Positions 46,918 to 55,794 of a stretch of DNA of 64,000 bases are shown here, one piece after another. The notes under the pieces were generated by a model that did no database searches, was not told where the DNA came from, and saw only the letters and a list, made by a program, of their open reading frames with translations. How positions within the stretch are numbered: position 1 is the stretch's first letter; each line of letters starts with the position of its first letter. The translations under genes were made by a program, and so were the position numbers. The stretch lies in contig MEFP01000017.1 in the NCBI GenBank assembly GCA_001725155.1, positions 2,338 to 66,337 of the forward strand, read 5' to 3'. The DNA is from Lysobacteraceae bacterium SCN 69-320 (GTDB lineage Bacteria; Pseudomonadota; Gammaproteobacteria; Xanthomonadales; Rhodanobacteraceae).

Positions 46918-46990
46918 CGTGCCTCATCCGGCACCGGGTTGGGCCTGGCGAGCCGTCTCCCCCGGCCCTCCCGCAAGGGGGAGAGGGGAA
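46918..46990. repeat. Degenerate REP-like element (cctcatccggc...ctcccgcaagggggagaggg type)
   Basis: Hairpin-forming cctcccgcaagggggagagg tract downstream of the beta-helix gene; similar in style to Xanthomonadales REPs. Confidence 0.45.
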
Positions 46991-47265
46991 TTCGATCGGC
47001 AGCAGGCGATATTGCCGCGAAGACGTGCACGGTCGTGCGTCCCGAAAATTCATCGCCGTGCGCGTCGAAAGAATCCGAAGCGCCGCCCTGCCGCTTTGAA
47101 TGCCGACGGCGAGGCGATGACGAAATCGTCCGCATCGCGGAACTCGCCATCCCTGTCGCAAGTCACTGGATCGCGCGCATCGCGGCATGAATTTTCCATT
47201 CTCAGAGACCGTTCCGGCGAGCGTTTCCTGTTGCCGGCGACGGCGTGCGTGCGCAGGAAGCTGCC

Positions 47266-47835
47266 ATGTCATCAATGGTCCGTATCGCCGCATGGCTGGC
47301 CTGGCCGGTCTTCGCGATCGCCGTGCTGTTCCTGCTGCTGCTGGTTTTCCTTGCCGCGAGCCTCAGTTGCACTTGCGTCGACTGCAGTAGTTACAACGCG
47401 AGCAGGGCGGGCATCTGGAAGCTCGCGATGTGCGTCGAGGCGTTTCAGCTGGACTGCGGCCGTCTGCCGGATCAGCTCGACGAGCTGATCAGCGAAGTGC
47501 GCCCTGAAGGTTGTGCAGGGCCCTGGGCGCGGGCGTCGGATCTTCGCGATCCGTATGGCAGCCGCTTCGTCTATCGGCGTTCCGCAGACGGCAGCAGCTT
47601 CGAAGTGCGCGGCATCGGACGCGACCGGGTCTATGGCAGCGCCGACGACGTGACGACGAGCGACCGGCCCTGGCCCTGGCTCGAGACGTTCTGGCGCAGG
47701 CCGCTGTGGGACTGCGTGATCGTGACCCTGCCGTGGTTCTCGATCCCGCTGGGGCCGCCGTTGTGGCTCATGGCTGCGATCGTCCGCCGCATACACCGGA
47801 CAGCGCGCCGGTGCGAGGCGACGGCCACAGAGTGA
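47266..47835 (+). CDS. GspG C-terminal (T2SSG)-like domain protein, paralog 1, hydrophobic segments at both ends
   Basis: L...VEAF.LDCGRLP..LDEL, DPYGSRFVY, GIGRDRVYGSADD match the GspG head pattern; no G/F-x3-E prepilin site. Confidence 0.72.
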   Translation: MSSMVRIAAWLAWPVFAIAVLFLLLLVFLAASLSCTCVDCSSYNASRAGIWKLAMCVEAFQLDCGRLPDQLDELISEVRPEGCAGPWARASDLRDPYGSRFVYRRSADGSSFEVRGIGRDRVYGSADDVTTSDRPWPWLETFWRRPLWDCVIVTLPWFSIPLGPPLWLMAAIVRRIHRTARRCEATATE

Positions 47836-48084
47836 ATGCGAGGGAATCTGCCGCGCAGCGTGAATACGGCCGAACTCACCGGGCCGTGTGAATGCGGCGG
47901 AATTTGCCGCGCGGTGCAACTGTGGAGGAATGCGCCACGCGGTGAGAAGGAAGCGGAACTTGCCAGTCTGCTCGCCGGTCGATTGAACGCCGCTTCACGG
48001 CAACCCCCGGCCCCTTTTCATGCATGCCCGACGGTCGCTCTCTCGCGGCGGCTGCGCCGGTGCGTGCGCGTGCAGGAGTCGCTC

Positions 48085-48678
48085 ATGTCGTCATGGATCC
48101 GTTACTTGGGTGCCGGCCTCGAGGTTTGTGCCGGGCTGCTGTTGCTCGCCGCGCTGGTCTCCTGGCTCAGCCTTATGGGCGGCTGCGATCTCGAACACGG
48201 CCGCTACCGCGCCGCGCAGGTCCAGGCGGAGCGGCTTGCGCTGGTAGTCGAGGGATTTCGCAACGACTGCGGCCGTTTGCCGGATCAGCTCGACGAGTTG
48301 TTCGGCGTCGTGCGCGACCGTAACTGTTTCACGACGCCGCCGCGCTTCTCGCAGCTCGTCGATCCCTGGGGCAGTCGCTTCGTCTACTGGCGCGCCGACG
48401 ACAGCAGGACGTTCGAGGTGCGCTCGGTCGGCCGTGACCGTACCTACGGCAGCTTCGATGATGCGACCAGCGGCGGCTGGACCTGGCCTTGGCCGCAGCC
48501 GCCATGGTCCTGGGCGGAGCGCGGCCGGCGCGTCGCTCCGATAGTGATGCTCGTGCTCGCGTTGCTGCTGCTGGGGGCTCTGACGCTGCGGCTGCTCGAG
48601 TTCGCGATCCGCCTCGTCCGTGCGGTCTGGCGCTGGCTCGGGCCGGCCGGAGCCGGCGCGTCGCAGCCCGGGGAATGA
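48085..48678 (+). CDS. GspG C-terminal (T2SSG)-like domain protein, paralog 2, hydrophobic segments at both ends
   Basis: L...VEGFRNDCGRLP..LDEL, DPWGSRFVY, SVGRDRTYGSFDD; C-terminal TM IVMLVLALLLLGALTL. Start moved to ATG 48085. Confidence 0.75.
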   Translation: MSSWIRYLGAGLEVCAGLLLLAALVSWLSLMGGCDLEHGRYRAAQVQAERLALVVEGFRNDCGRLPDQLDELFGVVRDRNCFTTPPRFSQLVDPWGSRFVYWRADDSRTFEVRSVGRDRTYGSFDDATSGGWTWPWPQPPWSWAERGRRVAPIVMLVLALLLLGALTLRLLEFAIRLVRAVWRWLGPAGAGASQPGE

Positions 48679-48867
48679 GAAACTGCAGGCGGGCGCCGAC
48701 GGTCCGGGCATAGGCATCGGAACGGCCGAAAAGCTATCCGGACAGCGACCGACACCATCGCGCAAACCGCGCCACGCCTCGCTTTCCGGCCTGCGCCGAC
48801 CGCCCCGGTGCGCCATTCGGCATCCGCTAACAACTCACAGCCGATTGTGTTGACCCTGCGCTGTCAA

Positions 48868-48883
48868 CCTCTATATCTTGTGT
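48868..48883 (+). promoter_or_regulatory. NrdR box candidate overlapping the nrdAB promoter
   Basis: cctCTATATCTTGTGT fits the consensus acaCwAtATaTwGtgt; weak second box at 48835-48850; ttgacc (48850-48855) is a -35 candidate. Confidence 0.65.
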
Positions 48884-48884
48884 T

Positions 48885-49070
48885 TCGTCGGTTCCCGGTC
48901 ACGGCCGGGATTAAACGGGAATCCGGTGCAATTCCGGAGCTGCCCCGCAGCGGTAAGCGGAAACGAACGCCGTCAACAGCACTGGCCACACCGGCTGGGA
49001 AGCGACGGCTACTAGGAGGTTGCGGCGTCCCGCAACCGCGTCCGCAAGCCCGAATACCTGCCGACGGCCG
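48885..49070 (+). ncRNA. Cobalamin (B12) riboswitch
   Basis: ggttc...ttaaacgggaatccggtgcaattccggagctgccccgcagcggtaa...cactgg...ctgggaagcg...agcccgaatacctgcc (B12 box); in the 5' leader of nrdA. Confidence 0.92.
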
Positions 49071-49297
49071 CGCGTTGCACACCGCGCGGTAACGGCCAGG
49101 AGTCTCCGCGGGGAGACGGGTCGCGTTGCGCTGTCGGCCGTTTGGCCGGCCCGGCGCCTGACCCGACTTTTCGCCACTCCGCACGCCCGAGGGGGTGTGG
49201 CCTCGCCTGCGGCCTGGACCGCGGCGTTGCCGTCCCCTCGTTTTGCCGTCCCCGGGATCGGACGGCAGCCGTGCGCCACTCGCACCGGAGGGAGTTC

Positions 49298-51760
49298 ATG
49301 AGCACCACCGAACACGAAATCGCCGCCGCCGCTCGCACGGCCGCTGCCCAGGCCGAAACGCGCGCGCCGCAGTTCGCGCTGACGCCGCCGCATTCCAGCG
49401 GCGTGATGGCCGTGACCAAGCGCAACGGCAAGCGCGAACCGGTCGATCTGAACAAGATCGTGCGCGCCGTGACGCGCGCGGCCGAGGGCCTGTATTCCAC
49501 CGATCCGATGCGTGTGGCCACGCGCACGATCTCCGGCCTCTACGATGGCGCGACCACGCGCGAGCTCGACGAACTGTCGATCCGCACCGCTGCGATGCTG
49601 ACCGCCGAGGAACCCGAATACGGCCGCCTCGCTGCGCGCCTGCTCAGCGAATACATCGCCAAGGAAGTCGCCGGCCAGGAAATCCACGCGTTCTCGCAGT
49701 CGGTCGCGCGCGGTCACGAGCTCGGCCTGATCAACGAGCGCCTGCTGAACTTCGTCCAGGCCAATGCGCGCAAGCTCAATGCGGCGCTGGATGTGGAGCT
49801 CGATCGCCGCTTCGACTACTTCGGCCTGCGCACGGTGTACGACCGCTACCTGCTGCGCCATCCCAAGACGCGCAAGGTCGTGGAGACGCCGCAGCAGTTC
49901 TTCCTGCGCATCGCCTGTGCGCTGTGCGAGGACGTGGGTGAGGCGCTGGAGCTGTATCGCCTGATGGGCAGCCTCGACTATCTGCCGAGTTCGCCGACCC
50001 TGTTCAATTCCGGCACCACGCACGAGCAGCTGTCGTCGTGCTTCCTGCTCGATTCGCCGGACGATTCGCTGGAGTCGATCTACAAGCGCTACGCTGACGT
50101 GGCGATGCTGTCCAAGTTCTCCGGCGGCATCGGCCTGGCCTATACGCGCGTTCGCGCCCGCGGCTCGCTGATCAAGTCGACCAACGGCCTGTCCAACGGC
50201 ATCGTGCCGTGGCTCAAGACCCTGGATGCGTCGGTCTCGGCCGTGAACCAGGGCGGCAAGCGCAAGGGCGCGGCCTGCGTCTATCTGGAGCCGTGGCACG
50301 CCGACATCGAGGAATTCCTCGAGCTGCGCGACAACACCGGCGACGAGGCGCGCCGCACGCACAACCTCAATCTCGCGAACTGGATTCCGGATCTCTTCAT
50401 GCGCCGCGTCGAGGCCGACGCGCACTGGTCGCTGTTCGATCCGAAGGTCGTGCCGCATCTGGTCGACCGCTGGGGCAGCGCGTTCGAAACCGCGTACGAG
50501 CAGGCCGAAGCGGCCGGGCTCGCGGCCAAGCAGGTCAAGGCGCGCGATCTTTACGCGCGCATGATGCGCAGCCTGGCGCAGACCGGCAACGGCTGGATGA
50601 CGTTCAAGGACAAGTCCAACCGCGCCTGCAACCAGACCGCGAAGGACGGCAACGTCGTGCACCTGTCGAACCTGTGCACGGAAATCATCGAGGTCAGCTC
50701 GCAGGGCGAGACCGCGGTCTGCAATCTCGGCTCGATCAACCTCGGCCAGCACATGAACGCCGACGGCTTTGACTTCGTCAAGCTGGCCGAGACCGTGCGC
50801 GTGGCCGTGCGCCAGCTCGACCGCGTCATCGATCTGAACTACTACCCGATCGAATCCACGCGCAGCTCCAACCTGAAGTGGCGTCCGGTCGGTCTCGGCG
50901 TCATGGGCCTGCAGGACGTGTTCTTCAAACTGCGCCTGGCCTTCGATTCGGCCGAAGCGCGCGAGCTGTCCACGCGCATCGCCGAGGAAATCTACTACCA
51001 GGCGCTGCTGGCCTCGCACGAGATCGCGCTGGAGCGCGGTGCGCATCCGTCGTTTGCCGACACGCGTGCGGCCCAGGGTGAGCTGCAGTTCGACGCCTGG
51101 GGCGTGACGCCGGGCGACACGGCGCGCTGGGATGCGCTGCGCGAAAACATCAAGCGCGGCGGCCTGCGCAATTCGCTGCTGGTCGCGATCGCACCGACCG
51201 CGACGATCGCCTCGATCGCCGGCTGCTACGAGTGCATCGAGCCGATGGTGTCGAACCTGTTCAAGCGCGAGACCCTGTCGGGCGACTTCCTGCAGGTCAA
51301 CAAGTACCTCGTCGAGGAGCTCAAGCAGCTCGGCCAGTGGACGCCGGAAATGCGCGACCGCATCAAGCTGGCCGAAGGCTCGGTGCAGGGCATCGCCGAG
51401 ATCCCCGAGCGCCTGCGCCACATCTATCGAACGGCCTGGGAAATTCCGATGCGTTCGCTGATCAACATGATGGCCGCGCGCGGCGCGTACATCGACCAGT
51501 CGGCCTCGCTCAACCTGTTCATGGAAAGCCCGAACATCGGCCAGCTCTCGTCGATGTACATGTACGCCTGGAAGGCCGGCCTGAAGACGACCTACTACCT
51601 GCGCTCGCGTCCGGCGACCAAGATCGCCAAGACCACGGTCGCGGCGACGGCCGCCGCACCGGCGCCGGCACCGGCTGCTCCGGCAATCACGCAGCAGCAG
51701 GCCGAGGCGGCCGTGTTCTGCTCGCTGGAGAATCCGGAGTATTGCGAGGCGTGTCAGTAA
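49298..51760 (+). CDS. nrdA: Class Ia ribonucleotide reductase alpha subunit with N-terminal ATP-cone
   Basis: VTKRNGKRE ATP-cone, SSPTLFNSG, LSSCF, GGKRKGA, SNLCTEI, AIAPTATIA, LKTTYYLRS, C-terminal CEAC. Start moved to ATG 49298. Confidence 0.95.
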   Translation: MSTTEHEIAAAARTAAAQAETRAPQFALTPPHSSGVMAVTKRNGKREPVDLNKIVRAVTRAAEGLYSTDPMRVATRTISGLYDGATTRELDELSIRTAAMLTAEEPEYGRLAARLLSEYIAKEVAGQEIHAFSQSVARGHELGLINERLLNFVQANARKLNAALDVELDRRFDYFGLRTVYDRYLLRHPKTRKVVETPQQFFLRIACALCEDVGEALELYRLMGSLDYLPSSPTLFNSGTTHEQLSSCFLLDSPDDSLESIYKRYADVAMLSKFSGGIGLAYTRVRARGSLIKSTNGLSNGIVPWLKTLDASVSAVNQGGKRKGAACVYLEPWHADIEEFLELRDNTGDEARRTHNLNLANWIPDLFMRRVEADAHWSLFDPKVVPHLVDRWGSAFETAYEQAEAAGLAAKQVKARDLYARMMRSLAQTGNGWMTFKDKSNRACNQTAKDGNVVHLSNLCTEIIEVSSQGETAVCNLGSINLGQHMNADGFDFVKLAETVRVAVRQLDRVIDLNYYPIESTRSSNLKWRPVGLGVMGLQDVFFKLRLAFDSAEARELSTRIAEEIYYQALLASHEIALERGAHPSFADTRAAQGELQFDAWGVTPGDTARWDALRENIKRGGLRNSLLVAIAPTATIASIAGCYECIEPMVSNLFKRETLSGDFLQVNKYLVEELKQLGQWTPEMRDRIKLAEGSVQGIAEIPERLRHIYRTAWEIPMRSLINMMAARGAYIDQSASLNLFMESPNIGQLSSMYMYAWKAGLKTTYYLRSRPATKIAKTTVAATAAAPAPAPAAPAITQQQAEAAVFCSLENPEYCEACQ

Positions 51761-51806
51761 CACGAAACCCGCGACGTGACGCGCTACGCCGAGCCTTCGC
51801 TTAAAA

Positions 51807-51963
51807 CCCTCCCCTTCAAGGGGAGGGTTGGGTGGGGATGGGGTTCCGCGACGAGAACGTCATCTCGCTGTTGTCGACGACGAACAAAAGAACAGCCTTG
51901 CTTCAATGCGGGCAGGCTGAGAGGACACCCATCCCCACCCAACCCTCCCCTTGAAGGGGAGGG
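51807..51963. repeat. REPIN/MITE-like element: perfect 36-bp terminal inverted repeats around an 85-bp spacer
   Basis: 51807-51842 ccctccccttcaaggggagggttgggtggggatggg is the exact reverse complement of 51928-51963; each arm has an internal 10-bp hairpin. Confidence 0.85.
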
Positions 51964-52008
51964 CTTGAGCGGACGGCCAGAAGCGCAGCCCATCACCGGT
52001 AAACCATC

Positions 52009-53049
52009 ATGAACACAGCTCCTCCCGACAGCGACTCCAACGCCGCGCCGCGCCTGCTCGACCCCGGGTTCAACCTGACCCTGCGTCCGATGCGCTATCC
52101 GCGCTTCTACGACATGTACCGCGATGCGATCCGCAATACCTGGACCGTCGAGGAAGTCGACTTCTCGCTGGACGTCAACGACCTGCGGCACAAGTTCGGT
52201 CCGGCCGAGCGGCACCTGATCGAGCGCCTGGTCGCGTTCTTCGCGACCGGCGACTCCATCGTCGCGAACAACCTCGTGCTGAACCTGTACAGGCACATCA
52301 ACGCGCCCGAGGCGCGCATGTACCTGTCGCGCCAGCTCTACGAGGAAGCGCTGCACGTGCAGTTCTACCTGACCCTGCTCGATACCTATCTGCCCGAACC
52401 CGAGGCGCGCGCGAAGGCGTTCGCCGCGGTCGAGAACATTCCGGCCATCCGTCACAAGGCCGAGTTCTGTTTCAAATGGATGGATTCGGTGCAGCAGCTC
52501 GACCGCATCGAGACGCGCGCGCAGCGGCGTCAGTTCCTGCTGAACCTGATCTGCTTCGCCGCGTGCATCGAAGGCCTGTTCTTCTTCGCCGCGTTCGCCT
52601 ACGTCTACTACCTGCGCTCGCGCGGCCTGCTGCACGGCCTCGCCGCCGGAACGAACTGGGTGTTCCGCGACGAGTCGGGCCACATGGCGTTCGCGTTCGA
52701 GGTGATCCGCGTCGCGCGCGAGGAAGAGCCGGAGCTGTTCGACGAGGCGCTGCAGGCCGACATCGCGCAGATGCTGGACGAGGCCATCGCCTGCGAGCAG
52801 CAGTTCGCCGAGGACGTGCTGTCGGGCGGCGTGGCCGGCCTGTCGCTCAAGGACATGCGCCAGTACCTCGAATACGTGGCCGACCAGCGCCTCGTGCAGC
52901 TCGGCCTCGGCAAGCGCTACCACGCGCGCAACCCGTTCGCGTTCATGGATCTGCAGGACGTGCAGGAACTGACCAATTTCTTCGAGCGGCGCGTGTCGGC
53001 CTATCAGGTCGCCGTCGAAGGCGAAGTCACGTTCGATGCGGCGTTCTGA
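52009..53049 (+). CDS. nrdB: Class Ia ribonucleotide reductase beta subunit
   Basis: FFATGDSIV (Asp ligand), EEALHVQFY (Glu, His, radical Tyr), IEGLFF, RDESGH, TNFFERRVSAY. Confidence 0.95.
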   Translation: MNTAPPDSDSNAAPRLLDPGFNLTLRPMRYPRFYDMYRDAIRNTWTVEEVDFSLDVNDLRHKFGPAERHLIERLVAFFATGDSIVANNLVLNLYRHINAPEARMYLSRQLYEEALHVQFYLTLLDTYLPEPEARAKAFAAVENIPAIRHKAEFCFKWMDSVQQLDRIETRAQRRQFLLNLICFAACIEGLFFFAAFAYVYYLRSRGLLHGLAAGTNWVFRDESGHMAFAFEVIRVAREEEPELFDEALQADIAQMLDEAIACEQQFAEDVLSGGVAGLSLKDMRQYLEYVADQRLVQLGLGKRYHARNPFAFMDLQDVQELTNFFERRVSAYQVAVEGEVTFDAAF

Positions 53050-53059
53050 GGACGCGGGC

Positions 53060-53461
53060 ATGGCGGCGGTTTCCGCCACCGCCGGCACGGCGACCGAGGC
53101 GCGCCTGATCGAGATCGTGTTTCCCGATCACACCAATCACCTCGGTACCCTGTTCGGCGGCCAGGCCCTGGCCTGGATGGACAAGGCCGCGTTCGTCGTC
53201 GCGACGCGCTATGCGCGGCGCACCGTGGTGACGGCGCGCTCCGAGCAGGTGGATTTCCGCCAGCCGGTACGCCAGGGCCAGCTCGTGGAGCTGATCGCGC
53301 GCATCGTCGCGACCGGTCGCAGCTCGATGCAGGTCGAGGTCGACCTGGTCGCCGAAGATCCGCTCAGCGGCGATGCACGCCTGTGCACGCGCGGCCGCTT
53401 CACGATGATCGCGCTCGACGCCCACGGCACGCCGACTGCGGTGACGCCGCTGGTTCCGTAG
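53060..53461 (+). CDS. Hot-dog acyl-CoA thioesterase (YciA-like)
   Basis: [31 protein letters not shown]. Confidence 0.88.
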   Translation: MAAVSATAGTATEARLIEIVFPDHTNHLGTLFGGQALAWMDKAAFVVATRYARRTVVTARSEQVDFRQPVRQGQLVELIARIVATGRSSMQVEVDLVAEDPLSGDARLCTRGRFTMIALDAHGTPTAVTPLVP

Positions 53462-53510
53462 CCGTCGCGGCGCCGCGCGGACCGCGCCGCGAAGCCGCTA
53501 CACTGCGCGC

Positions 53511-54338
53511 ATGACTTCCGCCGAACATTCCCTGTTGGGAAAATCCGTCGCCTATCGCGACGAATACGATGCGTCGCTGCTGTTTCCGATTCCGCGCGCG
53601 GGCAAGCGTGCCGAGCTCGGCCTGAGCGGCGCGCTGCCGTTCCACGGCGTCGACATCTGGAACGCCTACGAGCTGTCCTGGCTCGATCCGCGCGGCAAGC
53701 CCGTCGTCGCCCTGGCCGAGTTCCGCGTGCCGGCGGCCTCGCCGAACATCATCGAGTCCAAGTCGTTCAAGCTCTATCTGAATACCTTTGCGCAGACGCG
53801 GCTCGACGGCGCTGACGCCGTCGCGCAGCGGCTGCGCACGGACCTGTCCGCCGCCGCCGGCGCGGCCGTCGAGGTGCGTCTGCAGACTGCAGCGGGCTTC
53901 GCGCAGGAAACGCTGCACGAACTGGACGGCGACTGCATAGACGGAGTCGAGGTGGACATCGACGACTACGACGCGCCGCGACCCGACTACCTGCACGGCG
54001 ACGCGGCCGGCATCGTCGAGGAAACCCTGGTTTCGCACCTGCTCAAGTCCAACTGCCCGGTCACCGGCCAGCCTGACTGGGCCAGCCTGCAGATCCGCTA
54101 CCGCGGCCCGCGCATCGACCGCGCCGGTCTGCTGCGCTACCTCGTGTCGTTCCGCCGTCACAGCGATTTCCACGAGCAGTGCGTCGAACGCATCTGGTGC
54201 GACCTGCATGCGCGCTGCGCGCCGCACTATCTCGCCGTCTATGCGCGCTACACGCGCCGCGGCGGCCTGGACATCAATCCGTTCCGCAGCAGCGAGGCCG
54301 GCGAGGCACCGGGCAATCCGCGCGGAGCGAGGCAATAG
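53511..54338 (+). CDS. queF: NADPH-dependent 7-cyano-7-deazaguanine reductase (type II QueF)
   Basis: [50 protein letters not shown]. Confidence 0.95.
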   Translation: MTSAEHSLLGKSVAYRDEYDASLLFPIPRAGKRAELGLSGALPFHGVDIWNAYELSWLDPRGKPVVALAEFRVPAASPNIIESKSFKLYLNTFAQTRLDGADAVAQRLRTDLSAAAGAAVEVRLQTAAGFAQETLHELDGDCIDGVEVDIDDYDAPRPDYLHGDAAGIVEETLVSHLLKSNCPVTGQPDWASLQIRYRGPRIDRAGLLRYLVSFRRHSDFHEQCVERIWCDLHARCAPHYLAVYARYTRRGGLDINPFRSSEAGEAPGNPRGARQ

Positions 54339-54502
54339 ACTGCCATCGCGGCTGAAACCGCTGCCGTCGAAACGCCTTCGCGGACCGGCCGGCACGCGCG
54401 ATGCCCGGTTGCCGGCTTCCGCGGCGACGCAACAGGACCTCGCTTCCCAGCGCCAGCCACTGTCGCTATCGTTGGGACTCCGCCGCCCGCAGCGAACCCG
54501 CC

Positions 54503-54898
54503 ATGCAGATCAAGCTCAGCAGCATCTTCGTCGAGGATCAGAACAAGGCGCTGGATTTCTATACGCGCGTGCTCGGCTTCAGGGCGCATGCGGACGTTCC
54601 GATGGGCGAGTACCGCTGGCTGACCGTGGTGTCGCCGGAAGGCGCGGACGGCGTCGAGCTCGTGCTGGAACCGATGGCGTTCGGACCGGCCCGGGTCTAT
54701 CAGAAGGCGCTGTTCGACGCGGGCATTCCGGCGACGGCGTTCATCACGCGCGACATCGCCGCCGAATACGCCACGCTCAAGGCGCGCGGCGTCGTGTTCC
54801 GCGGCGAGCCGGAGAACATGGGGCCGGTCATCGTCGTGAAGTTCGAGGACACCTGCGGCAACCTGATCAATCTCGCGCAGCCCTTGATGCAGCCCTGA
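54503..54898 (+). CDS. VOC/glyoxalase family protein
   Basis: IFVEDQ.KAL.FYT.VLGF, RWLTVVSP, FEDTCGNLI.L.Q. Start moved to ATG 54503. Confidence 0.88.
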   Translation: MQIKLSSIFVEDQNKALDFYTRVLGFRAHADVPMGEYRWLTVVSPEGADGVELVLEPMAFGPARVYQKALFDAGIPATAFITRDIAAEYATLKARGVVFRGEPENMGPVIVVKFEDTCGNLINLAQPLMQP

Positions 54899-54900
54899 AC

Positions 54901-55440
54901 ATGACGATCGCTACCGACGCCCTGCGAACATCCGCCGGCGCCGTATTGCGCGAAGGCGGCTGCGACTGCGGCCGCATCCGCTACCGGCTGACGGATGCAC
55001 CGCTGATCGTGCATTGCTGTCATTGCCGCTGGTGCCAGCGCGAAAGCGGTGCATCGTTCGCGCTGAACGCGATGATCGAGTCGGATCGGGTCGAGATTGT
55101 CGGCGACGAACCGGAGATCGTGCTGACACCATCGGCCAGCGGCCGAGGTCAGCGCATCGCGCGCTGTCCCGATTGCCGGGTCGCGCTCTGGAGCCATTAC
55201 GCCGGCAACGGTCCCCTCATGCGCTTCGTGCGCGTGGGCACTCTGGACGATCCCGATGCGCTGCCGCCGGATGTACACATCTTCACGGCGTCGAAGCAGC
55301 CCTGGGTAGTGCTGTCGCCGGATACGCCCGCGTTCGCCGAATACTACGAACGCGAACGCGTCTGGCGGCCCGAAAGCCTCGCGCGCCGCGCTGCGCTGTT
55401 GCCGCAGATCGAGGCCTATCAGGCGCAGCAGCAGGCTTGA
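54901..55440 (+). CDS. GFA/CENP-V family zinc protein
   Basis: GGCDCG.IRY, HCCHCRWCQRESG, RCPDC, VRVGTLD, HIFTASKQPW. Confidence 0.88.
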   Translation: MTIATDALRTSAGAVLREGGCDCGRIRYRLTDAPLIVHCCHCRWCQRESGASFALNAMIESDRVEIVGDEPEIVLTPSASGRGQRIARCPDCRVALWSHYAGNGPLMRFVRVGTLDDPDALPPDVHIFTASKQPWVVLSPDTPAFAEYYERERVWRPESLARRAALLPQIEAYQAQQQA

Positions 55441-55794
55441 GTCCGTCGGCGACACGCCGCCGGTGCCGCAAGCGGCGTCCCGGCGGGGTGCGATCACGGC
55501 GACTGCCGGTCATGCCGTCGCTGTCGTGACGCCCGGCCCGGGCGAGCCGGCGATCGGATGCGGCGGCCCGAGCGCCGCCCGCTTGTCGCGGCCCGCGGTG
55601 ACCGCGCCGTACGCCGGTGTGGGCCGCTCCGATGAGTGATCCGTGCGGCCCCGGCCACGGGATACGCCGCGGTCCGGCGCATCGCTAGGCCGCGAGTTCT
55701 CGTGCTAGGTTCCGCTCCGACGTTCCGCCACGGCGCTTCGGGTCGCCGCGCCGTGGATTCCGCGCCATCGTCGTCGACGGAGTACGGAGGGGAA

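Noticed and set aside
46850-48830. Integron gene-cassette interpretation of the GspG-like pair
   Set aside because: No RYYYAAC...GTTRRRY attC structure or integrase seen
48911-51763. 950-aa minus-strand ORF spanning nrdA and the riboswitch
   Set aside because: Antisense shadow; no independent SD, motif or terminator
49298-53049. Intein, intron, homing endonuclease or unusual metal class (Ib-Ie) in nrdAB
   Set aside because: Both ORFs are of normal length, and NrdB keeps the Asp/Glu/His ligands and radical Tyr of class Ia
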